Source: Candidatus Asbonarchaeaceae archaeon
GTDB taxonomy: Archaea > Nanohalarchaeota > Nanosalinia > Nanosalinales > Nanoanaerosalinaceae
Length of the DNA: 40,867 nt
Direction of reading: 5' to 3'
Assembly: GCA_034190605.1 (NCBI GenBank)
Contig: JAXINT010000063.1
Coordinates: 1 to 40,867, forward strand
Shown here: in pieces, positions 33,380 to 39,231 of the stretch
Layout: each line of letters starts with the position of its first letter
Numbering within the stretch: position 1 is the first letter of the stretch
The notes under the pieces: generated by a model
What the model saw: the letters and a program-made list of their open reading frames with translations, nothing else
Told to the model about the DNA's origin: nothing
Database searches by the model: none
Position numbers and translations under genes: made by a program

Positions 33380-33685
33380 TCACTCTCCGTAGATTACGTC
33401 AATCATTTCTTCGTAAAGTTCGTAGACTTTGACGCCTCTTTCTGTGAGGGAGAGCTTGACCATGCCTCCGTTGCCGCCTCTCTCCGTGTCGATCAGTTCG
33501 AGTTCGCGGAGTGTGGATTTGGCTCTCTGGAAGGCTTTCTTGTTTACAAATTCGGTTTCTTCTGTTAGCTGTCTCTGGTTGAGCAGCTCCATTTCGTCGT
33601 CGTCTAGCCGCGGCTGGTTTTCTCGTCCTACGGCTAGGAGAACTTTGATTTCGTTCTCTGTGAAGTATGGGATGTCTTCGTTCAT
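33380..33685 (-). CDS. Winged-helix (MarR/TrmB-like) DNA-binding protein (101 aa)
   Basis: 'EIKVLLAVGRE...LTEETEFVNKKAFQRAKSTLRELELIDTERGGNGGMVKLSLTERG' shows a helix-turn-helix plus wing pattern. It is the first gene after cassette copy g. Confidence 0.55.
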   Translation of the reverse strand: MNEDIPYFTENEIKVLLAVGRENQPRLDDDEMELLNQRQLTEETEFVNKKAFQRAKSTLRELELIDTERGGNGGMVKLSLTERGVKVYELYEEMIDVIYGE

Positions 33686-33716
33686 AACGACATGTTCGTC
33701 TCGAAGTCTTAAAAAG
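33686..33716 (-). promoter_or_regulatory. Class-2 promoter cassette, leaderless form (copy g)
   Basis: Coding strand: CTTTTTAAGACTTCGAGACGAACATGTCGTT-ATG. It shares the 18-mer TTAAGACTTCGAGACGAA with copy h. Confidence 0.6.
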
Positions 33717-33724
33717 ATTGTTAG

Positions 33725-34072
33725 TCAGTAACCCAGCTTCTTCCTTTGTGGATCGACCTCGCAGTGGCACTCCTTGCAGAGAACTACTAGGTCGCATCCC
33801 GCCTCGAAATCCTCTAAATTGGCGTAGAAGGCCTGCCAGCCACCGAGTTTTCTTTTAGGGTCTCCGCCGCCGTTTTCGTGGTGCAGCTCTAGCTCGTTCC
33901 ACCGTTTTATTTCCAGGCAGCGCTCACACCACAAAAGTTTATCGAGAAGAAGTCCGTGAAGCCTCGGCAACCTGTCAGTGTTACTTCGTAATACTCTGTA
34001 GAGCAGCCATTTTCTCCTGTCTTCGTAGTACGGTATCGTGCTCGGCTGCGTCATGGTTTGTGCCTCTGACAT
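33725..34072 (-). CDS. HNH endonuclease (115 aa)
   Basis: 'CERCLEIKRWNELELHHENGGG...VVLCKECHCEV' shows a CxxC...HH..N...CxxCH HNH/zinc architecture. Confidence 0.75.
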   Translation of the reverse strand: MSEAQTMTQPSTIPYYEDRRKWLLYRVLRSNTDRLPRLHGLLLDKLLWCERCLEIKRWNELELHHENGGGDPKRKLGGWQAFYANLEDFEAGCDLVVLCKECHCEVDPQRKKLGY

Positions 34073-34077
34073 GTGGA

Positions 34078-34261
34078 TGCGCCCGCCAGGATTTGAACCT
34101 GGGTCTCCAACGCTTCTCGGCTACCGGCGCTTTTTTATCGCGCTACGGCTCGCCTGTACGACCCCGCCGAGGCAACACCGCGTGCCTAGGAGCTTTCGCC
34201 CCCCATTACCTCGATTGTCGATGGATCTGCGTAGCGTCGTTGGCCGCTGGACTACGGGCGC
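34078..34261 (-). tRNA. tRNA-like gene carrying about 100 nt of extra sequence (putative intron(s)); anticodon unresolved
   Basis: On the minus strand: a perfect 7-bp acceptor stem GCGCCCG (34261-34255) / CGGGCGC (34085-34079); UA; a D-arm GUC-CAGCGGCCAAC-GAC; a T-arm CCAGG-UUCAAAU-CCUGG (34102-34086); discriminator A. A 6-bp helix GCUACG/CGUAGC encloses 82 nt where the anticodon arm should be, and 40 nt separate it from the T-arm. I could not find a canonical U33 loop or a bulge-helix-bulge motif. Confidence 0.5.
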
Positions 34262-34435
34262 AAGAGTATGTAACGGGGTACCACGCCTCTCGGCTGCACT
34301 CCCCGTGGCGTTTTACGAGGATGCCAAGCTCGCTCATCGAAGGCCCGACCGCCTGTCGTTCCCGGCTGGGTCTGCGGTACGGTCGTTTAACCCGTTTCGA
34401 GTACCTTCGATAGAGAGATAGAAGCGAGAGGAGGG
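34262..34435 (-). ncRNA. GC-rich structured segment upstream of the tRNA-like gene (leader or separate small RNA)
   Basis: No plausible ORF. Stems seen by eye: TCGAAGG..CCTTCGA (long range), GGTACTCG..CGAcCGTACC, ACGGGG..CCCCGT, CGCC..GGCG. GC content is clearly above that of the flanking genes. Confidence 0.35.
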
Positions 34436-35056
34436 TTACTCCTCTGCCTCTGGGTCTTCCTCAAGGTTGACGACCTTGGCGACAGTCGAATACTCATCTT
34501 TCTCAGGATTGTCGCGGTTACTGTTCCTGACTTCGTACTCGATTCTCATGCCGACCAAGTTCTCCCTGAGATAGTTGGCGAAGTCCTTGTTCTGCTGCTC
34601 GTTACTGTCTTCAGGGTCAACAGGGCTGACTTCTTCGCCGTGCCGATCTTTCAGGACGACGTCTGTGTCGCCTGAAGGCTCGGCCAGACCTAGCTTCTTC
34701 AAGGTGTCGTACAGCTTCGAGTTGCTGTACTCGCTTGAAGCACCTCTCGTGATCTTCGCAGTGAGGAAGAAAGGCAGCTCGATCTTGTCTGTCGGTACGT
34801 CTTCATCTCTGCGTTCGTTCTCTTCTTCCAAGTATTCCTGTAGAGCTTCCTTGTCTTCGTCGCTGATGTCTAGGTCGTCGATCTCTGATCGGACGTCAAT
34901 CCTGATCTGCTCTTTCTTGCCGTCACCCTGGTACTCATCGACTTCGCGGACTTCTCCGACGTTAGCGATGGTTCCTTTGTGTCGGCTTTCGTGGCCTAGA
35001 TCGACTCTGATGGGTTCTTGGTTGTCGAATCCAATTTGAACCATGTAGTTGTTCAC
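34436..35056 (-). CDS. Hypothetical acidic protein (206 aa)
   Basis: Complete ATG ORF downstream of the zinc-ribbon and TFB-like genes. I recognise no motif. Confidence 0.6.
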   Translation of the reverse strand: MNNYMVQIGFDNQEPIRVDLGHESRHKGTIANVGEVREVDEYQGDGKKEQIRIDVRSEIDDLDISDEDKEALQEYLEEENERRDEDVPTDKIELPFFLTAKITRGASSEYSNSKLYDTLKKLGLAEPSGDTDVVLKDRHGEEVSPVDPEDSNEQQNKDFANYLRENLVGMRIEYEVRNSNRDNPEKDEYSTVAKVVNLEEDPEAEE

Positions 35057-35061
35057 CTCCG

Positions 35062-35382
35062 TTAGTTAGACACGCTGAACGGCTTTCTGCCAGAGTTGGC
35101 TTGTTCGCCGCTTTCGGTGCCGTCTTCTGATTTTGAAAAAGAGTATTCTACTATAGTATCGTTTTCTAGGTTGTCTTTGTCCTTCATTTCGTGGAGCTGG
35201 AGTTCGTCGCAGTTATCGCACCAAGTGAAGCATAGGTCTTGAACCTTCTTCGGTGTGAATATGACGTTTTCAGGGTTGTTCTCCATCGAGTCTATCAGTG
35301 ATTCGACGTCGATGGCTCTGCCGCACTGTGGGCATACCATGGCTTTGTCGCCGTAGTTTTGTCGTAGTCCGTCTAACTTCAT
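35062..35382 (-). CDS. Zinc-ribbon protein (106 aa)
   Basis: 'CPQCGRAIDV...CFTWCDNCDEL'. ATGA-type overlap with the TFB-like gene upstream. Confidence 0.6.
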   Translation of the reverse strand: MKLDGLRQNYGDKAMVCPQCGRAIDVESLIDSMENNPENVIFTPKKVQDLCFTWCDNCDELQLHEMKDKDNLENDTIVEYSFSKSEDGTESGEQANSGRKPFSVSN

Positions 35383-36050
35383 TCTCTCCCTCTTAAGACC
35401 TGATTTGTGTCAGTCATAAACTCTTTTCCAAGTAGTTGCTCAAAGTCTTCGATGTTATCTCTAATTACCACTGGAGTAGTCCCGATAGAATTAGCCACTT
35501 CTTTTTGAGTGCGCACATGCCTGATCGCAGAATTATGCTCCTGTCCGGCATAAATAGATGCTAGATACACTATTGCAGCTGCCCTGCCGGAATTTGGTCT
35601 TGCATGCTCCGGAGTTTCTCCGGACTCAATCAGTTTGGCGAGAGATTTTGCCTTCCTTTCCACTTTGGGAGGTGTTGTGTAGGGATAAAGTGTGTCTAGG
35701 CACCTTGTAACCCACGGATTCAGACCGATTTCAGTGTAATTTATCTCTTCTTTCTCTATAGAACGGAATATCTTTTTGGCGGTTCTGTTGGTAGTTTGAG
35801 GCGCCACACGAAATATTTCGGCGATTTCCGACGGCTTCACAGGGTGGTTTAAGTTCTTAATAACTAAAAGTAGGCTGCCGGATGCTAAAGCTTCTATGCC
35901 GTCGTTTTTCGACACTTCCGCTTCGTCTATCAGCTCCTCTGTTTTCTCTACCACGAAATCAAAATCGGCGTTGTCGCTTTTTTCCACGTATTTTTCTACT
36001 ATGGTTCCGGATATGCAGTTTTTTATGATTCTCTGTGTTCTCATCCTCAT
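35379..36050 (-). CDS. tfb: TFB (TFIIB)-like transcription factor core with two cyclin-fold repeats and no N-terminal zinc ribbon (223 aa)
   Basis: Repeat 1: 'ALASGSLLLVIKNLNHPVKPSEIAEIFRVAPQTTNRTAKKIF'. Repeat 2: 'NPWVTRCLDTL...SGRAAAIVYLASIYAGQ...RTQKEVANSIGTTPVVIRDNIEDF'. These match the TFB core pattern (..P.dyv.Rf...L...sGrsP..vAAAaiYiAs.....TQkevA.vagVTevTiRnryke). Confidence 0.65.
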   Translation of the reverse strand: MRMRTQRIIKNCISGTIVEKYVEKSDNADFDFVVEKTEELIDEAEVSKNDGIEALASGSLLLVIKNLNHPVKPSEIAEIFRVAPQTTNRTAKKIFRSIEKEEINYTEIGLNPWVTRCLDTLYPYTTPPKVERKAKSLAKLIESGETPEHARPNSGRAAAIVYLASIYAGQEHNSAIRHVRTQKEVANSIGTTPVVIRDNIEDFEQLLGKEFMTDTNQVLRGRE

Positions 36051-36093
36051 CCCATCGACCTATTGACTTATTCGTCTGGAAGTCTTTTATATC
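36051..36093 (-). promoter_or_regulatory. Class-2 promoter/leader cassette (copy e)
   Basis: Coding strand: ATCGAAGGATATAAAAGACTTCCAGACGAATAAGTCAATAGGTCGATGGG-ATG. Confidence 0.6.
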
Positions 36094-36104
36094 CTTCGAT
36101 GATT

Positions 36105-37049
36105 TCACTCCGCTACAACACTCTCAAACTTCTCACCACCGTTCTCAGCCGCTATATCATGCCAGTACGGGTAATAGCCGCCCTCAACCTTTACGATGAC
36201 ATCCGCCTTCAACAAGATATTCAGCTTCATCGACAGGCTTCGAGCATCAGTCTCCAAGTCCTCTGTAGTCGATCCTGGCTCCTCTCTAATCTGTTCGTAC
36301 AGCTTTCGCTCCTCGTCAGGCAGGTAATGGACACGGCTAGGCAACGTCATCTCGTCCAAGTCCACACTACTGCTCCACGACCCTACTATCATCTCGAAGA
36401 TATGCCGTGCCGACTCGTAATCCTTCTCACGTACCTCGAACTCGTCACGATCCTCGATCAACGTATTAGCCTTCGCCAAGCCAGCAACTACATTCTGGAT
36501 GTGGTGGTCGTAGCGACCTTCATAAAGCCGTACGAAGTCCGCAGGAACCATGCGCTTCACATCATCGTGAATCTGCTCCACACGGTCATAGTCAACATCT
36601 ACACGTATATCCTCTCGCAGAGTGTCGACCAGGGAGACGAAGTCAGCGTCGAAGTCTGGGAACGCGTCTTCCTCGTTTTCGTACTCCTTCTTCACCTTCT
36701 TCTTGTTGTCGTTGATGTACTCGATGTGGCTGTCAAGCTGGTCGTAAAGGATGCAACGCCCCATGAAAGCAGGGTCGAGCTTCTCAACCGCCTGCATCAT
36801 GTTCTTGATGCCGTAACTAGGGTTGCCTGTCGCCATCATGTTACCCTGCATCTGGCCTCTGATACTGCCGTTACCGGAGCTGAAAGTCCTGTCCTTGTGC
36901 TCAAGTAGTTCAAGCAGCGGTCTGAACACGTCCTGCTGCGTCTGGTTATTGTTTTTAGTCGAGTTCTGAAGCAAGTTCATAAACTCGTCGACCAGCGCCA
37001 ACCTCTGAGATTCTAGGAGGTGGCCTTCGTTCGGCCTTAAAACTCGGTG
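36105..37049 (-). CDS. mcm: MCM-like AAA+ helicase, C-terminal part (Walker B, sensor, Arg finger, winged helix) in the +1 frame
   Basis: This frame is open from 37049. 'RPNEGHLLESQRLALVDEF' parallels MCM '..GE..LEAGALVLAD.G...IDEFDK'. 'LLELLEHKDRTFSSGNGSI..QMQGNMMATGNPSYG' parallels 'alhEaMEQQtisiaKAGi...L.ar.svlAAaNP..GrY'. 'LDPAFMGRCIL' parallels 'SRFDL'. The track start at 37001 is a TTG inside the Walker B strand. Confidence 0.65.
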   Translation of the reverse strand, partial: HRVLRPNEGHLLESQRLALVDEFMNLLQNSTKNNNQTQQDVFRPLLELLEHKDRTFSSGNGSIRGQMQGNMMATGNPSYGIKNMMQAVEKLDPAFMGRCILYDQLDSHIEYINDNKKKVKKEYENEEDAFPDFDADFVSLVDTLREDIRVDVDYDRVEQIHDDVKRMVPADFVRLYEGRYDHHIQNVVAGLAKANTLIEDRDEFEVREKDYESARHIFEMIVGSWSSSVDLDEMTLPSRVHYLPDEERKLYEQIREEPGSTTEDLETDARSLSMKLNILLKADVIVKVEGGYYPYWHDIAAENGGEKFESVVAE

Positions 37050-38115
37050 TCAAACCTTTCACAGTCGAGCCTGTACCTGAGTAGATGCCCGCCGGACAGT
37101 CCATAGCCTTGTTAAGTCCTTGAAGCCAGAAGCTCTTTCCGGTCGATGTAGGGCCGAACCAGAAAAGGTGGGAAGGCCAGCCAAAATCCTCATTCACGAA
37201 AATAAGAGCTTGCGTCAGTCTCTCGAACCATGTAGGATGTCTGAAACCGCCGTGCAGCTTCTCTGCAAGGTAGTCATGGTCAGCTTTCTCCTTCCAGGCG
37301 TCGAGCTCTTCCTCCGGAATCTTCGTGATCGCGGGCTCGACGTCCTTCACAAAGATTACATCCTGATTTGTCGGTAGCGTCCGGTTCTCTCCGATCTCTG
37401 TCCGGTCGTTGATCTTGAAGTGGGTGCCTGTGATACGGCAACGCATCGGAGACAGCTTTTCACGGCTGAACAGCAGGTATTCGACGTTCTCCTGCTTGAA
37501 CTTGTAGACGAAGAAGCCTTCTGTATGCGCTTCTTTGACGTTGTAGCCTTTGTTGGGCACGCTCTGGCCGAAGTGGCGGTAGTGGAGCTCGCCGTTCGAG
37601 TCTTCGTAAACTTTGAAGACCTCGAATTTCTGCCGTGTATCGGATAATTCGACGCTGATACGGCCGTTCCACTGTTTCTGGGCTGATACGACGAAAAGTT
37701 TCTTGCCGTACGTGTCGTAGATGTCTTCTTCGAGTTCCCAGAGGTCGTCTATACGGACGCTTTTGTCGGTGTAGGCGATAGCTTCCTGCCCGTCAAGGCT
37801 CTTCGCTTTCAGCTTGAGGGCTTGGTACGTGGATTTCGGTATGTCGCCGATTAAGTCTTCGTCGTCGGTTTCTAGGACGTCTTCTTCGTCCATGGTTTCG
37901 ACGAAGTCTCTCATTTCTTTGAGCTGGATGTCGAGCTCTTCTTCTTTTTCCTCTATGAAGTCGCCGAGCTCTCCCCAGTCTTCGCTTGATACTATGCCGT
38001 AGAGACGTTCTTCGACTTTGTCGAGGCTTTCTGCGTAGCCTTCGATGTGTGCTACACTGCTTCTGTAGCTTTGGACGAGGAAGTTGAGCATTTCCTTGTC
38101 GAAGTCCTCGGCCAA
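36955..38115 (-). CDS. mcm: MCM-like AAA+ helicase, N-terminal part (OB-like domain plus Walker A)
   Basis: 'LFWFGPTSTGKSFWLQGL' is a Walker A motif. 'YSGTGSTVKGLTPSF' parallels MCM 'y.sGkGsSaAGLTAAV'. After that point this frame gives a non-homologous Arg/Pro tail, and the continuation is in the overlapping frame. Confidence 0.65.
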   Translation of the reverse strand: MAEDFDKEMLNFLVQSYRSSVAHIEGYAESLDKVEERLYGIVSSEDWGELGDFIEEKEEELDIQLKEMRDFVETMDEEDVLETDDEDLIGDIPKSTYQALKLKAKSLDGQEAIAYTDKSVRIDDLWELEEDIYDTYGKKLFVVSAQKQWNGRISVELSDTRQKFEVFKVYEDSNGELHYRHFGQSVPNKGYNVKEAHTEGFFVYKFKQENVEYLLFSREKLSPMRCRITGTHFKINDRTEIGENRTLPTNQDVIFVKDVEPAITKIPEEELDAWKEKADHDYLAEKLHGGFRHPTWFERLTQALIFVNEDFGWPSHLFWFGPTSTGKSFWLQGLNKAMDCPAGIYSGTGSTVKGLTPSFKAERRPPPRISEVGAGRRVYELASELD

Positions 38116-38118
38116 GAG

Positions 38119-38541
38119 CTACTCACCTCTCAGAGCTTCTACTATTTCTTCTTTCGTCTCGCCGTAGTCGCGCTCCAGCTTGGTTTCAGGCTCTTTTATT
38201 ATTTCTCCGTCTTCTTCTCTGTGTATTATTTCGTCTGCCAGCCTGTCGACAAGTTTGTGTACGTCGGCCCGACTGAGCTCTCTTATAAGAATTTTAGTGT
38301 TCTTGGAGAAGTTTTTTGCCAGTCGCTCCTCGAAGTGGTTTTCCTCTAGGCTTTCTGGCTGGTCTTCTTTCCGCCAGATTCCGAGATGGTAGCCGTATTT
38401 TTCGCTGTGCAGTAGTCCTGCCTCGGTTTCTACTTGTTCTTGGAATCCGCAGATGTCAGCCCATTCAGAAGGTATTGTATGTTGTAGAGATGTGGAGCGT
38501 TTCTGGACTTTGAATGTTTCTTTGTCTAGTATCTCGACCAT
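38119..38541 (-). CDS. Possible AbrB/SpoVT-type DNA-binding protein (140 aa)
   Basis: 'KRSTSLQHTIPSEWADICGFQEQVE' resembles the swapped-hairpin AbrB/MazE motif (..l.vtIP.e.a...gl..gd.v). It lies directly upstream of the MCM gene and has its own TATA box. Confidence 0.4.
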   Translation of the reverse strand: MVEILDKETFKVQKRSTSLQHTIPSEWADICGFQEQVETEAGLLHSEKYGYHLGIWRKEDQPESLEENHFEERLAKNFSKNTKILIRELSRADVHKLVDRLADEIIHREEDGEIIKEPETKLERDYGETKEEIVEALRGE

Positions 38542-38563
38542 GGTGATGGTTATGGTATTGCCA

Positions 38564-38572
38564 CTTATATAC
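38564..38572 (-). promoter_or_regulatory. TATA box for the 38541 / MCM operon
   Basis: Coding-strand GTATATAAG ends 23 nt upstream of the ATG at 38541. GACGGTTGCGTC (38578-38589) lies just upstream. Confidence 0.5.
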
Positions 38573-38604
38573 TTTCGGACGCAACCGTCTTTCCATCACA
38601 AGGT

Positions 38605-39024
38605 TCAAAAAAAGGTCGGCTTCACCTTGCCGTCAAACAAGGAGCTGCGGGTGTAACTAGCCGAATTACAGATAAAATAGAGATGGAGCCACGGGCCGCC
38701 CGTACCGGAGCGGATGTTAAAAGACACGTTATCACTGTCCTTGACGCCTTTGATGTATGCGTCGACCTGACCCTCTTTCACTGCTCGCTGCTTCGCGTAC
38801 TCCCCCAGAACCTTAATCGTAAAAAGAGGTGTGAAAGTAGTGAAGAAAAGCAAGAACGTGTCTGAAACAGGTATGCCTGTTATCACATGCGCGGAGATAG
38901 AGCCGGTTCCCGATCCTAAAGCGGCAAGGGCGCCGTTCAGAGCTATACCGAGATAATCGACCTCGTAGATGTTTTCCGCTATCTTCTCTAGTTTTTCCCT
39001 TTTGTCGATATGATCTTCGGGCAT
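38605..39024 (-). CDS. Membrane protein (139 aa, about 2 TM segments)
   Basis: 'LGIALNGALAALGSGTGSISAHVITGI' and 'FLLFFTTFTPLFTIKVL'. It has its own TATA box, and a T7 run overlaps the stop codon. Confidence 0.6.
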   Translation of the reverse strand: MPEDHIDKREKLEKIAENIYEVDYLGIALNGALAALGSGTGSISAHVITGIPVSDTFLLFFTTFTPLFTIKVLGEYAKQRAVKEGQVDAYIKGVKDSDNVSFNIRSGTGGPWLHLYFICNSASYTRSSLFDGKVKPTFF

Positions 39025-39045
39025 AAAAGACGGTTTCGTCGCCTT

Positions 39046-39055
39046 GTTTTTAAAT
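39046..39055 (-). promoter_or_regulatory. TATA box for 38605..39024
   Basis: Coding-strand ATTTAAAAAC ends 22 nt upstream of the ATG at 39024. Confidence 0.5.
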
Positions 39056-39060
39056 CCGGT

Positions 39061-39198
39061 CTATGGGAAGCACGCTGGCACAAATAGCTCTCTGTATAGG
39101 CTGGTTGCGAAATTTTCTAGGCCGAGGCCTATTGCTATACCTGTGAAAAAAATTGCTGTGGCTGCTGCGCCAGTCTTCCAGTCAAATTCTGTGGACAT
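39061..39198 (-). CDS. Mini membrane protein (45 aa, 1 TM segment)
   Basis: Product is MSTEFDWKTGAAATAIFFTGIAIGLGLENFATSLYRELFVPACFP. A cassette-type promoter sits 23 nt upstream. It is below the track's size cutoff. Confidence 0.4.
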   Translation of the reverse strand: MSTEFDWKTGAAATAIFFTGIAIGLGLENFATSLYRELFVPACFP

Positions 39199-39231
39199 AT
39201 TCGTCTATTTGTCCTCAAGGCTATATTAAAG
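39199..39231 (-). promoter_or_regulatory. Class-2 promoter cassette (copy i) overlapping the fibre stop codon
   Basis: Coding strand: GTCGAAACTTTAATATAGCCTTGAGGACAAATAGACGAAT-ATG. GACGAATATGTC spans the start codon. Confidence 0.45.

Noticed and set aside
34078-34110. tRNA 3' half as a phage attachment site (attP)
   Set aside because: I could not recognise any integrase or recombinase in the window, and a full acceptor/D-arm 5' half is present as well. An att role cannot be excluded without host genome comparison.
34038-34421. Plus-strand ORFs 34038..34421 and 34060..34413
   Set aside because: They run antisense through the tRNA-like element and the GC-rich structured segment. They are Arg/Pro-rich, as expected of GC-rich non-coding sequence.
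36063-36908. 281-aa plus-strand ORF
   Set aside because: It is antisense to the MCM-like C-terminal part, which has clear AAA+ motifs. Its Leu/Val/His-rich low-complexity composition is typical of a shadow ORF.
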